Counted from the whole stretch's first letter, positions 1 through 11,445 are shown. The stretch: 51,920 nucleotides of DNA, filler included, from Catajapyx aquilonaris (GCA_000934665.2; 2 parts of 2 records of this genome joined end to end with filler, not necessarily neighbours in it), one strand, 5' to 3'. Translations and numbers: made by a program. Notes: generated by a model not told the origin, from the letters alone.

Positions 1-87
1 GGTAAGAAGGGAAGGAGCAAGCCCCATGCCTGGAGTGGTGGCGTTCAAAAATGATTTCATTTATCTTTAATTGTCTTCTGAGAGGAA
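1..87. repeat. Dispersed repeat fragment; inverted copy at 36828-36915
   Basis: The reverse complement aligns over about 87 bp with a few mismatches. Confidence 0.8.
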
Positions 88-624
88 TTGCTACCACGAA
101 TACCACGAATAAATTTTAAAAACATTGTTTGGAGGATAGAGCACTATGTGAGTGATCCATTAAGTGGTATTTCAATTTTCAGCTTTCATCCGTTCTGCTT
201 TTGTAGCACCAATTGGGTCCTAATGTTCTCATTGGCTGTTTGTCGCCATTTTTGTCGATATTTTAAAACTAAAAATTTTTACTTGTTTCTTATTGGGAAC
301 ATGTTCAGAAAATGCAATAGGAACTGACATTGCGTTAAAAAATTCTTCTCAGGTCTCAGGAGGATATTAGTTTTGCAAGTCCGATCAGGCTACGTGGCCA
401 CTTTCCGCGAGTTTTTGAGCATCCTGTATATATATTTTTAAATTTTTTTTTTTGTATATACCCCATGCTAGGGCCGAACGGCCCTCTTAGGGAAGTGGGA
501 ATACCACCATATGGAACCATGTGTATAATTTACAATTATTTAGTTGGTCCACGATTAGGGACGGTAACACCCTGTATTAAGTTATTCCCATCTGGCATGC
601 TGTATATAATTGGTCACTTTTCAG

Positions 625-733
625 AATGCCAATGATGGGCCACATGAACCCAATGGCACCACCTCCCGGAATGGGTGCATCACCTTCAGCATCCCAGCCA
701 CCAAACAAGCCTCTGTTTCCAGCTGTAGCTGCG
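625..733 (+). CDS. ZNF207: ZNF207/BuGZ internal coding exon (MPMMGHMNPMAPPPGMGASPSASQPPNKPLFPAVAA); upstream exons lie outside the window
   Basis: Acceptor cacttttcag ends at 624; donor GTGAGT at 734 (phase 0). Pro/Met-rich with a KPLFP motif as in BuGZ; in frame with the downstream exons. Confidence 0.88.
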
Positions 734-1590
734 GTGAGTTATTCATTTAATGCTAAGGTAAGACTTTTGAATTTTTTTTCTATACGTGTGCATGTCACAT
801 ATATCTGCAAGGTCACATTTTTCAGTCAAAGTGGGAAAGTACATGTATTGCTACATGTAATGAGTGAAATCTGTCTGAAGCTGAGTTGTTCTGCTTAGAA
901 AAAATATGTGAAAAAGGAACGATGTCCCATTTGATAAGTAAGATGGAGTGGTGCGGCTGTAATGCCTGCACCTAAGGATAGAAACTGTAGCAAAGTGCAG
1001 CCATGAATAAGATACAGGTCAGTTTGCAGGTAGGGCTTGAAAAACCAGGGAAGTGTAATTCTGGAATCAGACTGTCTTGTCTCAGAAGTGGAGTCTTGTG
1101 TGGTGATGTGTTTCCTGGTCCTCCCATGAATTTTCCCAGTCAAATTATGCTTATGCCCAATGTGGTGGCAGTAGGCACAGCTGTTGTTGAAGGGTACAAT
1201 GGTTTCGAACTTGGGGAGGAAAATGGGGAGGGGGGCAGGTGTTAAAGTCAACACTCCTTGTTTTATCAGGGTAGAAAGCCACAAGTTCATGGTTAGTGAG
1301 TGGTTTCTTGTCTGCAACCCAACTGCCATAGGCATGGACTTCAGGCTCACTTTCATCCTTCCAATTTATTAACATGAGAGAAGGTCATTTTTCTGACCCA
1401 TCAAAAATTGAGCAAATACAGCCTCTCGGAATGCTGTAAAATTAGCTGTGATAAATATTCCACAGAAAATTTCTGATGTAATGTCTCCATTCATATGGGA
1501 CACATGCAGCCACAGACGAGTTATAGAGAAATAGAGATTATTTGATATTTGAAGTCATCTAGCCTGAGATTGCAGTGCAAGTTAGCACTA

Positions 1591-2589
1591 CAGTAGGAAT
1601 CAGAACATTATGAACTTTAAAAAAATCGTAGAGCTGTAAATTGCAAGAGTGCAAGGGTTTTGGGCTGGTCATGGTAGGAGGGGGTCAGAGAAGTGAGACC
1701 CTAATCTACCCTCCTTGGGCTTATAGCATATGAGGTAGTGACCTTCTGAATTTATCCGATAACTTTTTTAAAGACGCATCTTTTGCATTTTTGACAGCAA
1801 ATATGGATTCTAAGGTGTTGAAAACCTATCTTTTCATACCTGATTCATACCAGCCATGTCAAAAGTAGATCTAGCATGATAACGTCAACAAGTTTTCATA
1901 ATATACACGTGGGTTTTCGTGGGCCTGGTTGTGACATGCCTGGTACGAATCGAGTATGAAAAGATAGGTTTTCGACACCTTAGAATGCATATTTGCTGTC
2001 AAAAATGCAAAAAGGTGCGTCCTTAAAAACGTTATCAGATTATTTTAAAAGGTCCACTTCCCCACCTGCTATAAGCCTGAGGAGGATAGATTAGGAAGGG
2101 TCTCACTTATCTGACCCCCTCCTACTGTGGGCAGCCCAAACCATGGTTATAGAAGACTCAGGTTAGGTCACTCCCCACCCACCCCCTGCCGAGGGGTTTT
2201 GCAGCGGGTGCTCACCTGAGAGCGCCATGAGACATTTCCCAGAGCAATTATGTGGCGACCCTACCGGACTAGGCTGAACTTTATAGGTACGAATAAGGGA
2301 AGCGCTACATGCTGGCCGAACATGGCCGCCAGCGGCCATGTTGGGCCCCCCAATGTAGCCCTCCCCTTTCGTACCTATAAAGTTCAGCCTAGTCCGGTAG
2401 GGTCGCCACATAATTTCTCTGGGAAATGTCTCATGGCGCTCTCAGGTGAGCACCCGCTGCAAAACCCCTCGGCAGGCGATAAGCCCAGAATTTAGTATAA
2501 GTGTCCGGGGGCTGGCCCAAACCATGGCACTGTTGCAATTTACAGCTCTACCTATTTTTTTTAAGTTCATCATGTTCTGATTCCTACAT
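1591..2589. mobile_element. Old foldback/MITE with long inverted arms (CAGTAGGAATCAGAAC…), interrupted in its right arm by a younger element
   Basis: 1591-1860 matches the reverse complement of 1932-2141 plus 2523-2589; TA on the left flank. Confidence 0.8.
2142..2514. mobile_element. Young palindromic non-autonomous element (arms 2185-2476); second copy, inverted, at about 49835-50227
   Basis: Near-perfect inverted arms; flanked by a direct repeat GCCCAAAC(CATGG) at 2134 and 2515. Confidence 0.85.
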
Positions 2590-2799
2590 TATAACCAGTC
2601 ATGTATGGGTTGAAAGTTTCTGTGTGATAGTAATTTATGTATATAAAAAAATATTGTAAGATACGTATGATTGTAACTCCTTTATTATTGGTTATAGATA
2701 GGGTAGGTTCTTCCTACACTGATGCTGCAGTCTCGAACTACATACTTGATACAAGGTTTTGTCGGTGAATTTTGTGAAGACTTATTTTTCTCTCATTAG

Positions 2800-2906
2800 A
2801 ATACAACATCTGCATCCTCAACACCTGTGGGAGCAGATTTCAAACCAATATCATCTTCAGGAGCAACTTCCATTGGACCTATGAAACCAACGTTTCCAGC
2901 ATACAG
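2800..2906 (+). CDS. ZNF207: ZNF207/BuGZ coding exon (NTTSASSTPVGADFKPISSSGATSIGPMKPTFPAY)
   Basis: Acceptor tttttctctcattag; donor AG|GTAGG (phase 2). Contains PVGADFKP and KPTFPAY motifs typical of ZNF207. Confidence 0.9.
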
Positions 2907-3147
2907 GTAGGATATAACATCTATTCAAGTTCAAGTAGATTTAACTGAGTAGGGTTTTGACCGTAAAGGCAGTCCATCCATCTGGGGTGGTTTTGAGATA
3001 ATCAAGTGAAACATAACTTACAACTAAAGTAACTCTTCTTACCCTCCTGAATTTTGAAATTTTTTGGATTTTCTAATTCTGCTTGGCCTATAGTGTTGAG
3101 CAAACATCACCTCCGCTACTAATTTCCATGTTAGCAGGGTCAAAATA

Positions 3148-3436
3148 CAGCCAAAATGTGATGTTCTGAAGCCACAACACCTGCATCCGGTCGCGAGTCG
3201 CCGGTCTCGGCTGCCCTGTCGCGGTCGCCTTTCATTGCGTCTGTAGCTTTCTCGTGTGCCGCAAAGGAGAAGGGTCATCTTGGAGTCCTGGCTCTCCATT
3301 ATTATAATCACCTGTGACTTCAAAGCGTGCGAGATGACCCTTCTCCTTCACACCACCGGAGAGAGCTACAGACGCGGTGAAAGTCAACCGCAACCGGATG
3401 CAGGTGTTGTGGCTTCGGAACATCGCATTTTGGCTG
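3148..3436. mobile_element. MITE with TA target duplication (Tc1/mariner-type ends)
   Basis: TIR CAGCCAAAATG…CATTTTGGCTG, flanked by TA on both sides. Confidence 0.8.
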
Positions 3437-3438
3437 TA

Positions 3439-3992
3439 CAGTAAAACTTATATAAGTCGAATCTCCATGGGACCGGGGGAAAACTTCCGAGTTATAGAAG
3501 ATTAAAGTTAGAGAAGTTTGGATTTTTAAAAGCACAGCACTCTATAGGGAAGCCTACCTTCATATCCAGCGACGAAAGGTGTTCAAAACTTAAAAATAAC
3601 TGTCACTATCACACTTACAATGTTCCTAATTGTTTTGTTGTAAAAGAAATCTCCATTATGGACATATGCCTACACTTAGATTCAAGGATTCAATTGTCAC
3701 AATCGAGTCAAACACTTGATTCGGTACATCTGGTAGACGGAGATCAGGAAATTGAGCCTTTCTGTACATGTGGCTTACGTACTCTCGACCCTTCGTCTAG
3801 GAAATGAGAAAATTTTCCGTACTCGGCAACATGAACGTCAGGTTGGGAGACTGAAAATGCATTGATATCCCATCGTAAGGCCCTCCCTGCACTTCGAGTT
3901 ATGGAGCACTTCGAGGTATAGAAATTCGAGTTAGGGAAGTTTATTTCCTAGTATTTTACATTGTGACCAACCAAGCTCATAATTTTATTCGA
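3439..3992 (+). mobile_element. pogo/Tigger-like MITE, right end missing; same family as 4990-5651
   Basis: Starts TA|CAGTAAAACTT; direct repeat of 4990-5557. Confidence 0.8.
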
Positions 3993-4989
3993 CCTTGTGT
4001 GCCAGCCCCAGAGGGGGTGTCGACGTGTAGTCGAGGAAGCAAAATATTATATTTTTCATAAACTTTCGTGAACGTTGTATCAACGTTATAGTTACATCTG
4101 CCCCGGGCACCAAATGCCCTTGGTACGCCACTGCCACAGGGTCCGCTGGTGTAATAGGCCAAAGTAACTTCACCTTTTGGCCCAGACATTACTAAATGAG
4201 CTGACAAAATATAATACAAAACGACGCTGCAAAAGTGCATCATTCAGGCTTGTAGGACCAGGTCTTCACTTCACTTTATCTTTTCGCTTACGGAATATTC
4301 CGGAAGCCACACAATGGCTCACGGCCGCCGCTGGATTCCAGCCCTGAGCCAAGTGGTGTGGGTTCCGGAATCGCGAATACTGGGCCTCGTCCAACCACAA
4401 GATGAGGTGCAGATCCGGACCTCTCCCCGACAGCAGGACGTGGATTTAAACAAGCTTCCGAACAATATAATAACATTATTTTTTGGATTATTTGTCTGGG
4501 AATTGTTTCGAGTCAAACTGCTGCCATCCCTGTCCCCGGGAAATCAGCCATGTTGAGCTAGCTAGCAAGTTGTGGCGACCCCCGAGCTGGCCGCAACGGG
4601 TGGGCGGGAGGCTAGCAAACTACCAGGTCTCATCTTGCTAGGCGACGTTGAAAATGGGAAAGCTAGGTGAGGGGGGGGGGGGGTTGACGTCACACACCCC
4701 CTAGCTCCGCCCCAGTGCAGCCTACCAGGACGTTGAAAATGAGCAAAGAACCCAGGCATCCACCTACCGCCAGGTGCGCTCCCTCCGATCTTGGATGCCA
4801 ATTCATGCAGCGACTCAAGATTCTATGTGAAGTTCAGTCAGCTCACTGGTCTTGCCCGCAGTGTACAGTCTTTACTGACTAAGCATTTTCATTCATATAC
4901 ATCACGGCTTTTCCCAAATATTGGGGTGCCAGCGGATAATGAGGAGGATGTCCTCATTACCCTCATGGGTAAATCGGTGTATACAAATA

Positions 4990-5651
4990 CAGTGAAACTT
5001 CTATAAGTCGAATCTCCATTGGACCGGGAAAAAACTTCGAGTTATAGAAGATTCGAGTTAGAGAAGTTTGGATTTTTAAAGCACATAACTCTATAAGGAA
5101 GCCTACATTTATATCCAATGACGAAAGGTGTTCAAAACTTGAAAATAACTGTCACTATCACACTTACAATGTTCCTCGTTGTTTTGTTGTAAAAAAATCT
5201 CCGTAATGGACATTTGCCTACTTTATCTCTCTACTTACATTCAAGGATCCAATTGTAACAATCGAGTCAAACACTTCTTTCGGTACGTCTGGCAGACGGA
5301 GGTCAGGAAATTGACCCTTTCTGTACATGTGGCCTACTCTCGACCCTTCGACTAGGTTACTAGGAAATGAGACAATTTTCCGTACTCGCCAACGTGAACT
5401 TCGACTTAGAGAGACTGAAAATGCATTGATATCTCATCGTAAGGCCCTGCCTGCACTTCGAGTTATGGAGAACTTCGAGTTATAGAAATTCGAGTTAGGG
5501 AAGTTTATTTCCTATTCTTTTACATTGTGACCAACCAAGCTCATCATTTTATTCGACTTATAGAGAACTTCGACTTAAGGAAGTTCGACTTAAGGAAGTT
5601 CGACTTAAGGAAGTTCGACTTAAGGAAGTTCGACTTATAGAAGTTTTACTG
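4990..5651 (+). mobile_element. Complete pogo/Tigger-like MITE with a subterminal 15-bp tandem repeat (AAGTTCGACTTAAGG, about 5 copies)
   Basis: TA|CAGTGAAACTTCTATAAGTCGAA … TTCGACTTATAGAAGTTTTACTG|TA. Confidence 0.85.
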
Positions 5652-5739
5652 TATATGGATTTGATCCTGAGTGATCTGACAGCTGCCCTAAAGTGTGGAA
5701 AGTCTCCAGTTTTTCTGAAGGAGCTGCCTCACACTTTAA

Positions 5740-6139
5740 AGGGACACTCCACTCAAAATACAAGTTGGCCCCCAAAAATCGGGGAAAAAATCCTGATTCC
5801 GAATGTGCAATCGGTTTTTTTCTACGCCCAACGATAACACGGAAAATCATATATCTACACACGTCGTCTGCTAAGAAGGGCGATACAACAGCATCCCACG
5901 GCAAACCGGAGAAGTATAGCGCGCGCACAGTGACAACTGCCGCGCCAGGCACGCCTGGTCTAGTTCCGCCCGGTTCCACTCTGGTGGCGTCGCCACCTGC
6001 ACCACCTGCCCCGCGTGCGGTTTTCGAACAACACACTGGCCTTACCGTTCGTCTCTAAGAAAAACTGCTTATACCCTCGGAATCAGGATTTTTTGCCCGA
6101 TTTTTAGAACCCAACTTGTATTTTGAGTGGAGTGTCCCT
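5740..6139. mobile_element. Kolobok-like MITE
   Basis: TTAA|AGGGACACTCCACTCAAAATACAAG … CTTGTATTTTGAGTGGAGTGTCCCT|TTAA. A TTAA duplication with RR…YY ends fits Kolobok rather than piggyBac. Confidence 0.75.
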
Positions 6140-7475
6140 TTAAACAGGCATCTGATGCCTCTCCTGTATGTGTTCACTTTTCAATTTATGCATTGCAAAG
6201 GTGTCATTCATGGGACTGGGCTGACTTCAAAGGCGCTTTGTGGCAATGAACTAGGACAGGAACATTAGTGGACACCCAGTGAGATTTTATCACCATGGCA
6301 TCTCAGCTTGCCACAACATTAAGTTGCTATTTGTACCTGGAGAAGATATCGAGAGCCATTCCAATGAACTTAATGCTCACTGAGAAAACAAAACCCATTC
6401 CACACATGCAACACATCCATTGTGCATAGTGTTGGTGAATATGGCTTGTCAGTGTTGCTGAAGAGACTGACTGTGTAGAAGAATTCACACATTGATCACT
6501 GATATGAATTTCTTGTGTTAAAATCAAGGGAAAAAGACAGAGTTTATTTTGATTTAATCATGTCAAGAGGTCTTTTCATTTCAAATGGTAACATCTGTGG
6601 TAAACATACTGATGAAGTTCCTTGTCTTCTACTGCCCAAGATAATTTTTGTACTTATGGGTCAAATTGTCATTATTTTGCTGTTAACGATTTTTAAATGA
6701 ACACTTATTAAAATGTTACCACCTCTAGTCAGTTCATTGATGTGTGTGTGTGTTTAGCCTGGTCCGTAAAGGCACTGTTTGGTAGGCTGGGTTACATTCA
6801 TCATGGCGTAGTCCCTTGTTGGGGTAGCCATCGATAACCAGGTCATACAAGCTAGCCATCTCAATGGACATATAGATAAGAATCCTCTGGTGACTGGTCA
6901 GGTGTCCTGTTTTGCTTCTATACCTCCTGAAGTGATAAACCAGCTCATAAACACTACTTGTGAAAATATTCTGAACGTTGCATTGGCTGAAAATCGTACG
7001 CCTTGGTTCGTTACCGCGGGTTTTGTTGCGCTACAATGCAAAGATAGCAGATACTGATACGGCAAGGTGACCGATGGATTCCGCACACTTCCTCCTCTAG
7101 AGAATCTGTATACTGTCCTCACAACCACTTAGAATTCGCAGAGTTATGATGCAATGTAACTAGGTGCAGAAATGCGTGCTCTCAAAATGTGGGTTTGTTA
7201 CTGTGTTTGTTTTTGCTCCTTTGGCACTGTTGAATGATATATTTGTGTTGGAATGATGGAAAAATGCAGCACGCTCGACGTTGAACTCGATGGGGAAAAA
7301 TAATCCTGAAAAGTTTTTCACAGGCATGGGAAAATCGCAAAGAAAGTAAGAAAATTTCGGTCGAACGTTGGTTCATTACCCGCAGAAATGCCCTTGACTA
7401 ATTTCCATCTTGTGGTGGCTGTTAATAACTCAGTAAAGATGTACAATAACCAAGGGCACCTTTTGTCATTCACAG

Positions 7476-7605
7476 TAACGCTGGTGCTGGAGGTACTACT
7501 ACCACAACTCAGTCATCAAGTGGTGATGGAGGGTCAAAACCAGCCCTCATCAACACAACCGGAGCATCAAGTAAAATAATCCACCCACAGGAAGACATTT
7601 CATTG
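7476..7605 (+). CDS. ZNF207: ZNF207/BuGZ coding exon with first half of the GLEBS motif (…GASSKIIHPQEDISL)
   Basis: Acceptor ttttgtcattcacag; phase 2 completes AG+T = Ser. Donor GTAAGC at 7606 (phase 0). IIHPxEDISL is the GLEBS N-half. Confidence 0.92.
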
Positions 7606-8033
7606 GTAAGCTTTCTTCCCCTTCTTCTCACACACATGGTGATTGCAATGGCAAGCTTTTGGGAAAATCTTTCTTGCCGTCTTCCTCTTGATGGGCATTC
7701 GCACATATTGTGACTTGGTAGTAGTAACATTTGGTGGTTGCGGCCCTCTTCTATGTTCATTGTTTCTCCAGAAATCATGGTGATAGTACTGTCATTTGTT
7801 TGGTATTGTATGATTCCTGTCCTTGGGTATCCATCATCCCTCCCTTTTGACTTGGCTGATGGTTTGTTTGGCTTCTTGGTGGGTACTTATGCATGCGGTC
7901 ACGTGCAGCTTCTTGTCGCAGCTGACCCACAGTCAAATATTCTGAGATGAGGAAGCGGGACTTGGAAATGGGGATCAGTAGTTTTCTCCTTTAATGCTTC
8001 TACCTGTTCTTAACACCCACTTTCTACACATAG

Positions 8034-8117
8034 GAAGAAAGACGTGCGAAGATGCCTAAATACCAACCTCGCACTGTTAAAACTGTGGAGACAGTAAGCA
8101 CCTCCACTAATACAGAA
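8034..8117 (+). CDS. ZNF207: Alternative (duplicated) BuGZ exon carrying a second copy of the GLEBS C-half: EERRAKMPKYQPRTVKTVETVSTSTNTE
   Basis: Acceptor ctttctacacatag ends at 8033; phase-0 donors GTAAGC (8094) and GTAAGT (8118). The first 11 codons encode the same peptide as exon 8327, with only synonymous differences. Confidence 0.8.
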
Positions 8118-8326
8118 GTAAGTAAAGGTGTTGGGGAGGCTTGCTAAATGTTTCTTTGGTCTTGTGGGCAAACTGAGACACTGGGCAGCTGAGAGTAAGG
8201 TAGGAATGACTGTTACTACATGTATGGAGTGTGTGTTTTGCGTGTGCACATTATTTTTTGACAGGGACGACACTGATAGCTGCCAGCACAATTTTCAACA
8301 TTTTCTTTTTCTTGGTGTTCTAATAG

Positions 8327-8636
8327 GAAGAGCGCCGAGCCAAGATGCCAAAGTACCAGCGTCCTCTACCACCTTCAGCTGTTGCGGCAGCTGCAGCAGC
8401 AGCAGCAGCTGCTGCTGCCTCAGCAGGATCAGTGGCTGTAGTCATGCCCCCTGCTGTGAGTTCAGTGGCAGCCATGATGCCACCAGTGTCAGCAGCACCT
8501 TTGATGCGGCATGCCATGCCTCCTGGTGCCCTAGCACAAGTTATCCCTGGTCCTCATTTGCATGCAGGGCCTCCAGGACCAGGGCTCATTCACGGAGGTA
8601 ACATGATGCGACCCCCACCCATGGGTTTACCACCAG
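8327..8636 (+). CDS. ZNF207: ZNF207/BuGZ coding exon: GLEBS C-half EERRAKMPKYQ, 12-Ala tract, Pro/Met-rich low-complexity tail
   Basis: Acceptor after ttttctttttcttggtgttctaatag; donor CAG|GTAAAT at 8637 (phase 1). A second phase-1 donor (GAG|GTAAC) is present at 8598. Confidence 0.9.
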
Positions 8637-9465
8637 GTAAATTGCAGCAGGAATGGACTCCTATTCCCAACTTACATTTGTTTCAACCAAATAAGTTAGG
8701 TACTGTCATTTGGATCGCATGTGCATGATAGATTAGAATTGTGCATGTTGACTGAAGAGTGGAGTAAAGTGATAATCATTTGAAGAGCCACTGTCACCTC
8801 ATCAAAAAAAAAATTTGAGATAGTACTCGGATTATGCCCACAAGTGACTTGCCATAGTGAAAGTATTGTCAATCTAGTTGAAATATAGGGTGTATGGGCT
8901 AGGTTATATATCCTTGTTCACTGTGCAAAGGGTTTGAATGATCATATGGAACATGTGAATAAAGGTTTAGGTCAGCGGTTGCCAACCTCTATGTTATCAT
9001 GGAACACTCTTTCCAATACAAAGTCTGTTCCATTTTTAAAACCATTATACTGCAGCAAGTACTTCAGTTGACCAGACTTAGAGTCAGGCATTAACTGAAG
9101 ATCTTCATAAAACTTAACTTCTCATATCGAGGAAATTATGGAAAGCAAGACAAGATCATTTCTTTTAGATATTCTCACAGCCAACAGTAGCACAAACATG
9201 AGGCACAGCAGTTGAGGTCTACCAGCCACCAAAGCATAGCCAGGCAATAGCTACATGTACCCAGTAGCATTTGATCTATTATGAAATTCTCTCCCCCCCC
9301 CCCCCTTTCTCTCCCCTCCTCCCTCACCAATTCAAGAGGCTGTGAAATTTTAAAAATTACATCTCTTATACTGCTGCATCCAGAAGGATATTGAATTTTA
9401 CTTAGGAAGGATTATATGAATATTTTAAAAAAAATTCAAGATTGGTGACAGTGGGTTTTGAAATA

Positions 9466-10172
9466 CAGGGTCATCGAAAAAGAATGTCCCATTTTTTAAA
9501 ACCCTAAAACTCGAAAACTTGTAGACATATGTCGAAAGTTTGAAATGTTAAGAAATGTGTAAAGTTTTGGTCTTACCATAGTTCGTTTCGATATGAGCTC
9601 CATTTGTCGCTCAAAAAATGTAAATAGGGTAATTGGTGTCAGGCCTAACCCGCTCAGGCATGTCTGGCGTTACCGTTGAAATCTTTTCCCGTAGGTGCTG
9701 GAGATGCTGAATCTTTTCACCATACATGCATTTCCACAAAAATGTTCATTGGGGTAAAATCTGGGCTTCTATAGAGGGGCTAAGCATTGGGAAACTTCTC
9801 ATTGAAGACGTCTCACACTGGGAGGCTGAACAAATGAAATTTTTCTACAGCAGGTTTATTTCATGGATGAGGCGACTTTTTTATTTGAACCATCAAGAAC
9901 AATGTCTGTGGTGTGAATATCAGAGATGTCCAGCACCTACATGATAGGATTACGATGGTAACTCCAAATGTAATTGAGCTGGTTGGGCTCGAGACCATAT
10001 ACCGCCTTTTAAATCTCCCAAGCGACAAATGAAGCACATATCGAAACGAACTAAGCTGAAACGAAAACTTTAGACTTTCGTTAGTATTTCAAAACTTAAA
10101 TCATTCATATATGTGTGCAAGTTTTCGAGTTATAGGGTTTTTAAAATGTGACATTCTGTTTTGATGACCCTG
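9466..10172. mobile_element. Tc1/mariner-derived MITE; inverted copy at 23123-23834
   Basis: TIR CAGGGTCATCGAAAAAGAATGTCCCA; internal sequence shared with the 23123 copy. Confidence 0.8.
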
Positions 10173-11120
10173 TGGAACATATTTTTGGCAGAAATAAAAT
10201 TACATAATCCTGGCATACTCAATTGAGAAAATACAATGGTTGTAACTGTCACAGTGGGGGTGGTATTGGTATGAGGCAAAAGATAGATACTATATTGAAT
10301 GACAGTTACATTAAAAATTGTCTCCATCATTTGTCTGATCGATTACAATATGGCTGTGGCCATGCTTGCAGGAAATTGAAGAGGGACATACACAAAATTG
10401 TTTGAAGATTCAAGTCCATTCCCATTATAGACTCGGGGATAGGGAATATGATTTTAATGTGGAAATGATGCATTGTCTTCTCTGTGTGCATCAGCACATC
10501 AACCCTTTTTGACATGGAAACTTTTACTTGCAATATTGCAGTATTTTAAATTGTAGCCAACTTTGTGAGAAGAGAGAATCATCATCATCGTCAAAATGAT
10601 ATGATAATAATAGCAGCAGCAGTAGCAGAGGTTCGCGTTTTTTTCTGTTTTAAGGTCTAGTGTGAATCGATATTATTCGAGCACAAAATAAGGGTGGGTT
10701 TTTTTGTCCCCCGTTAAGTCTCTGCCTGCAGACTGCTACTGACAGTCAGGATTCTCCCGTCAGCTTCGTCATGGGTTACTATGGCTATTAGCTTGTTGAC
10801 AGTGGTACTGTTAACTAGCAGTAGGACGAAAAACCAACCCTAAGTTTTTGTACATGTAATGTTATTATTCCCATGAGGAATTGATTCATTAGTTTCCATC
10901 CATGCTGACCACACTGACATGATCAATTATTGATAATTTGGGATATTACATCGTGATCAGGGTATAATGGCAAGTGCAAGTTACCTGCTAATCTAGAAGA
11001 ACATGATGCTTTCTGTGTCATGTTTAAGAGACTGTCTCTACGGCCTGCTATGTAATGACCCAACATCAAATGTGTCTTCCTCGCAACAGCATTATGTAAC
11101 TTATGGATGGCCTGTATGTA

Positions 11121-11445
11121 CAGTCCGTTAAGCCAAAGAACGACATGCCATCACATTCAGCATGCCTCCACCTGGCTCTTCCTTCTTATCATGTCCCTGA
11201 ATCGCTCTGCAAGCATGCCACTGTTCATGCTCATAAAACACGGCCGATGTGACATCGTGTCATTCTTTGGCTTAAACGACTGTACGGTCGGTTAAAGAAG
11301 TATCTTTTCACAACAGGCCAAGAAATTAGCCTTCAGCAGAGGTGCTGCCTAGGGGAATGTGAGTCATTGCATCAGAGGGAGGCAGCACCTCTGATGGAGG
11401 CTAATTTCTTGGTCTGGTGTGGAAAGATGCTCCTTTAACCGACTG
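11121..11445. mobile_element. Two adjacent small palindromic MITEs (11121-11282 and 11285-11445) sharing one TA
   Basis: Each element has its own inverted ends flanked by TA. Confidence 0.75.

Noticed and set aside
5566..5640. 15-bp tandem repeats resembling a CRISPR array
   Set aside because: There are no spacers, the context is eukaryotic, and the repeats are the subterminal part of a MITE.
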